From: Malacoraja senta | Lineage: Eukaryota | Reading direction: 5' to 3' | Length of the DNA stretch: 64,000 bases | NCBI GenBank assembly: GCA_038087875.1 | Contig: CM075996.1 | Coordinates: 5,458,001-5,522,000, forward strand | Shown here: piece by piece, positions 61,660 through 64,000 of the stretch | Position numbering within the stretch: position 1 is the first letter of the stretch | How the letters are laid out: every line of letters begins with the position of its first letter | Translations under genes and position numbers: made by a program | Notes under the pieces: generated by a model | What the model was told of the DNA's origin: nothing | Seen by the model: only the letters and a program-made list of their open reading frames with translations | The model's database searches: none

Positions 61660-61945
61660 GGGGTGGCACAGTGTAGAGTTGCTGCCTCACCATGCCAGAG
61701 ATCCGGGTTTGATCCTGACTATGGGTGTTGTCTGTACGGAGTTGGTACGTTCTCCCCGTGACCCGCGCTTGTTTTCTCCAGGAGCGCTGGTCTCCTCCGA
61801 CACTCCAAAGACGTACAGGTTTATAGGCTAATTGGCTTTGGTAAAATTGTAAATTGTCCCTAATGTGTATAGGATAGTGCTAGTGTCCGGGATCGCTGGC
61901 CGGTGTGGACTCGGTGGGCCGAAGGGCCTGTATGTCTAAACTAAA
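61660..61945 (+). mobile_element. HE1-type SINE
   Basis: Same family as 12697-13016. Confidence 0.85.
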
Positions 61946-63271
61946 AAAAAACTAATAGTAGGATGTTCTCAAATGCCCATCACCTATCACATGCTCAAAT
62001 CTGTTAAATAAAGGGAAATGAGATAATCCTCGTGCAGATCAGCAATCGATTAGTGCAGCTTGAAAGAGAAAAACATATTTAATTCAGTAATTGGTTAAAC
62101 CAATTCAGACAAAATGGCCTGATTAATCACAGCTTTGGCCTCCATCCGGCTTGCTGTTGAACTGGCTTACAAGTGCCAATTTATTTCCCAACCCTGACTG
62201 CATTGGTCCTTGGAACAAAAAACCCTCAGGAATTGTTTACTTATTAAATAGGATTAGGGAACAATGTAGAGTTCCAGATGCAGCAGATTGCCCAACCATA
62301 TTAGGAGCCCTGAATGCACGTTGAAAGCACTTTATTTATTAAAGGTTTTGTCTCGTAAAAGCTCAAATTCTGTATTAACAAAGCCTCAAAATAAGAAAAC
62401 GAGTGTATTGTAGAACAGGTAACCTCACCCATACCTATTCAGCCAGGTGAGGGACTGGTGGAAACAGGACACCCTGCCCTGTTCTGCATAGACTAGTAAT
62501 CAAGGAAAGAGCGACACAAAATGCTGGAGTAACAGGCAGCATCTCTGGATAGAAGGTGTGGGTGACGTTTCTGGTCGAGACCCTTCTTCAGACTGAGAAT
62601 CAGGGGAGGGGGAGATACAGAGATAAGAAGAAGGGTTTCGGCCCGAAACGTTGCCTATTTCCTTCGCTCCATAGATGCTGCTGCACCCGCTGAGTTTCTC
62701 CAGCACTTTTGTCTACCTTCGATTTTCCAGCATCTGCAGTTCCTTCTTAAACAATATGTTGCTGTTATTTCAATTTGCGTGGGTGGGTGGGTGGGTGGGG
62801 GGGGGAGAAGGTGCGGCAAGTCTGCAATCACGCCAATCCAGTTAGCTCCCCTCCCCATCAGGTTGAATAGGTTCACATGATAGCCACTGCGGGTTCCGTG
62901 AGGCATGTCAATGTGTACAATAGTCACCCAAAGGAACAGCACTCTCTTATCCAGGCTTTCCCCTGCGTCACTAGAGGGCCAAGGAACTGAGGTATTTGGA
63001 GACAAGGAACTGCAGATGCTGGAGTCTTGAGCAAAGCACAAAGTGCCGGAGTAACTCAGCGGGTCAGGCAGCATCTCTGGAGAAAATGGATAGGGGACGT
63101 TTTAGGTCGGGACCCTTCTTCAGATTGAGACTCAGGGGAGAGGGAGATACAGAGATAAGGAAGTGTAAGATGTGGGGGGGGGGGAGGTGGCGGGGAGGGG
63201 GGGAGGCGAAAAAAAAAGTGGAGCAAGATGCTTTTCCTTCTTCCAGTTCACCCTCCACCCACCCCCACCCC

Positions 63272-63495
63272 CATCAATCTCCCATCTTGTTTAGCAGCCT
63301 CATGTGCTGCACCTTATCAATGGCCATCTGAAAATCCAAGTAAACAACATCCACTGTCTCTCCTTTGTCTAACCTGCTTATTATCTCCTCAAAGAATTCC
63401 AACAGATTTCTCAGGTAAGATCTCCCCTTAACAAAACCATGACAGTTTTGGCCTATTTTATTAGGTGCCTCCAAGTACTCCAAATCCTCATCCTT
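63272..63495 (-). mobile_element. Internal CR1 RT fragment
   Basis: ORF 63274..63483: HGFVKGRSYL.NLLEFFEE...VDVVYLDFQ. Confidence 0.85.
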
Positions 63496-64000
63496 CAGTC
63501 TGAAGGATGGCCTCTACCCCGAATCGTCACCCATTCCTTCTCTCCAGAGATGCTGCCTAGTCCCGCTGAGTTACTCCAGCATTTTGTGTCTATCTTCAAC
63601 CCTAACAACCCCATTGAGTCATAGAGAGAAAGGCAACACGGAAACAGGCCGCTCGGCCCACCGAGTCCCTGCCGACCACCAGACTTCCATTTTTACACTA
63701 AGCGCCAGAGTAACTCAGTGGGTCGGGCAGCGTCTCTGGAGAACATGGAGAGAGGACGGCATTTAGTGTCTATCCACCCTCACCCTCTGCATCTGCAGTT
63801 CTTTCCTCCTCCTTACTCTTAGTAACAAACTCAAATCTCATCAACCACGGAAGTCAGGCTAACCGGCCTACAAATTCCTTTTCTTTTGCCTCTCTCCCTT
63901 CTTAAACAGTGGAGTTACATTTGTGATTTTCTAGTCCTGTGGAACCATTCCTTGTGCTTCGATGTCTTCTTTTCCTAAATTCCAGTCGGGATAGGCCGCT

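Overview
This is repeat-dense eukaryotic DNA from a cartilaginous fish, probably a skate or ray, inferred from HE1-type SINEs and HER1/CR1 LINEs. It holds one complete protein-coding gene, DESI1, on the minus strand: six coding exons from 26164 to 11346, 166 aa, with the His37/Cys107 dyad intact and a probable long 3'UTR. A second promoter and probable non-coding first exon of an unidentified plus-strand gene lie near 36.5 kb between two long purine/pyrimidine tracts. The rest is mostly mobile DNA: CR1, L2 and Rex1 LINE fragments, tRNA-derived SINEs, Harbinger-type and other MITEs, and dozens of short Penelope-like termini, often folded back and flanked by 10-16 bp target duplications. The top findings are (1) a short GAA-tailed retroposon (57540-57723, damaged copy at 33650) whose first base is G1 of a compact HDV-like self-cleaving ribozyme fold, (2) a minimal hammerhead-like motif carried by the Penelope-derived repeats, and (3) a local duplication that preserves filled and empty insertion sites side by side. 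There is a 200-N assembly gap at 57069-57268. Repeat boundaries were read by eye and are approximate unless a TSD is given.
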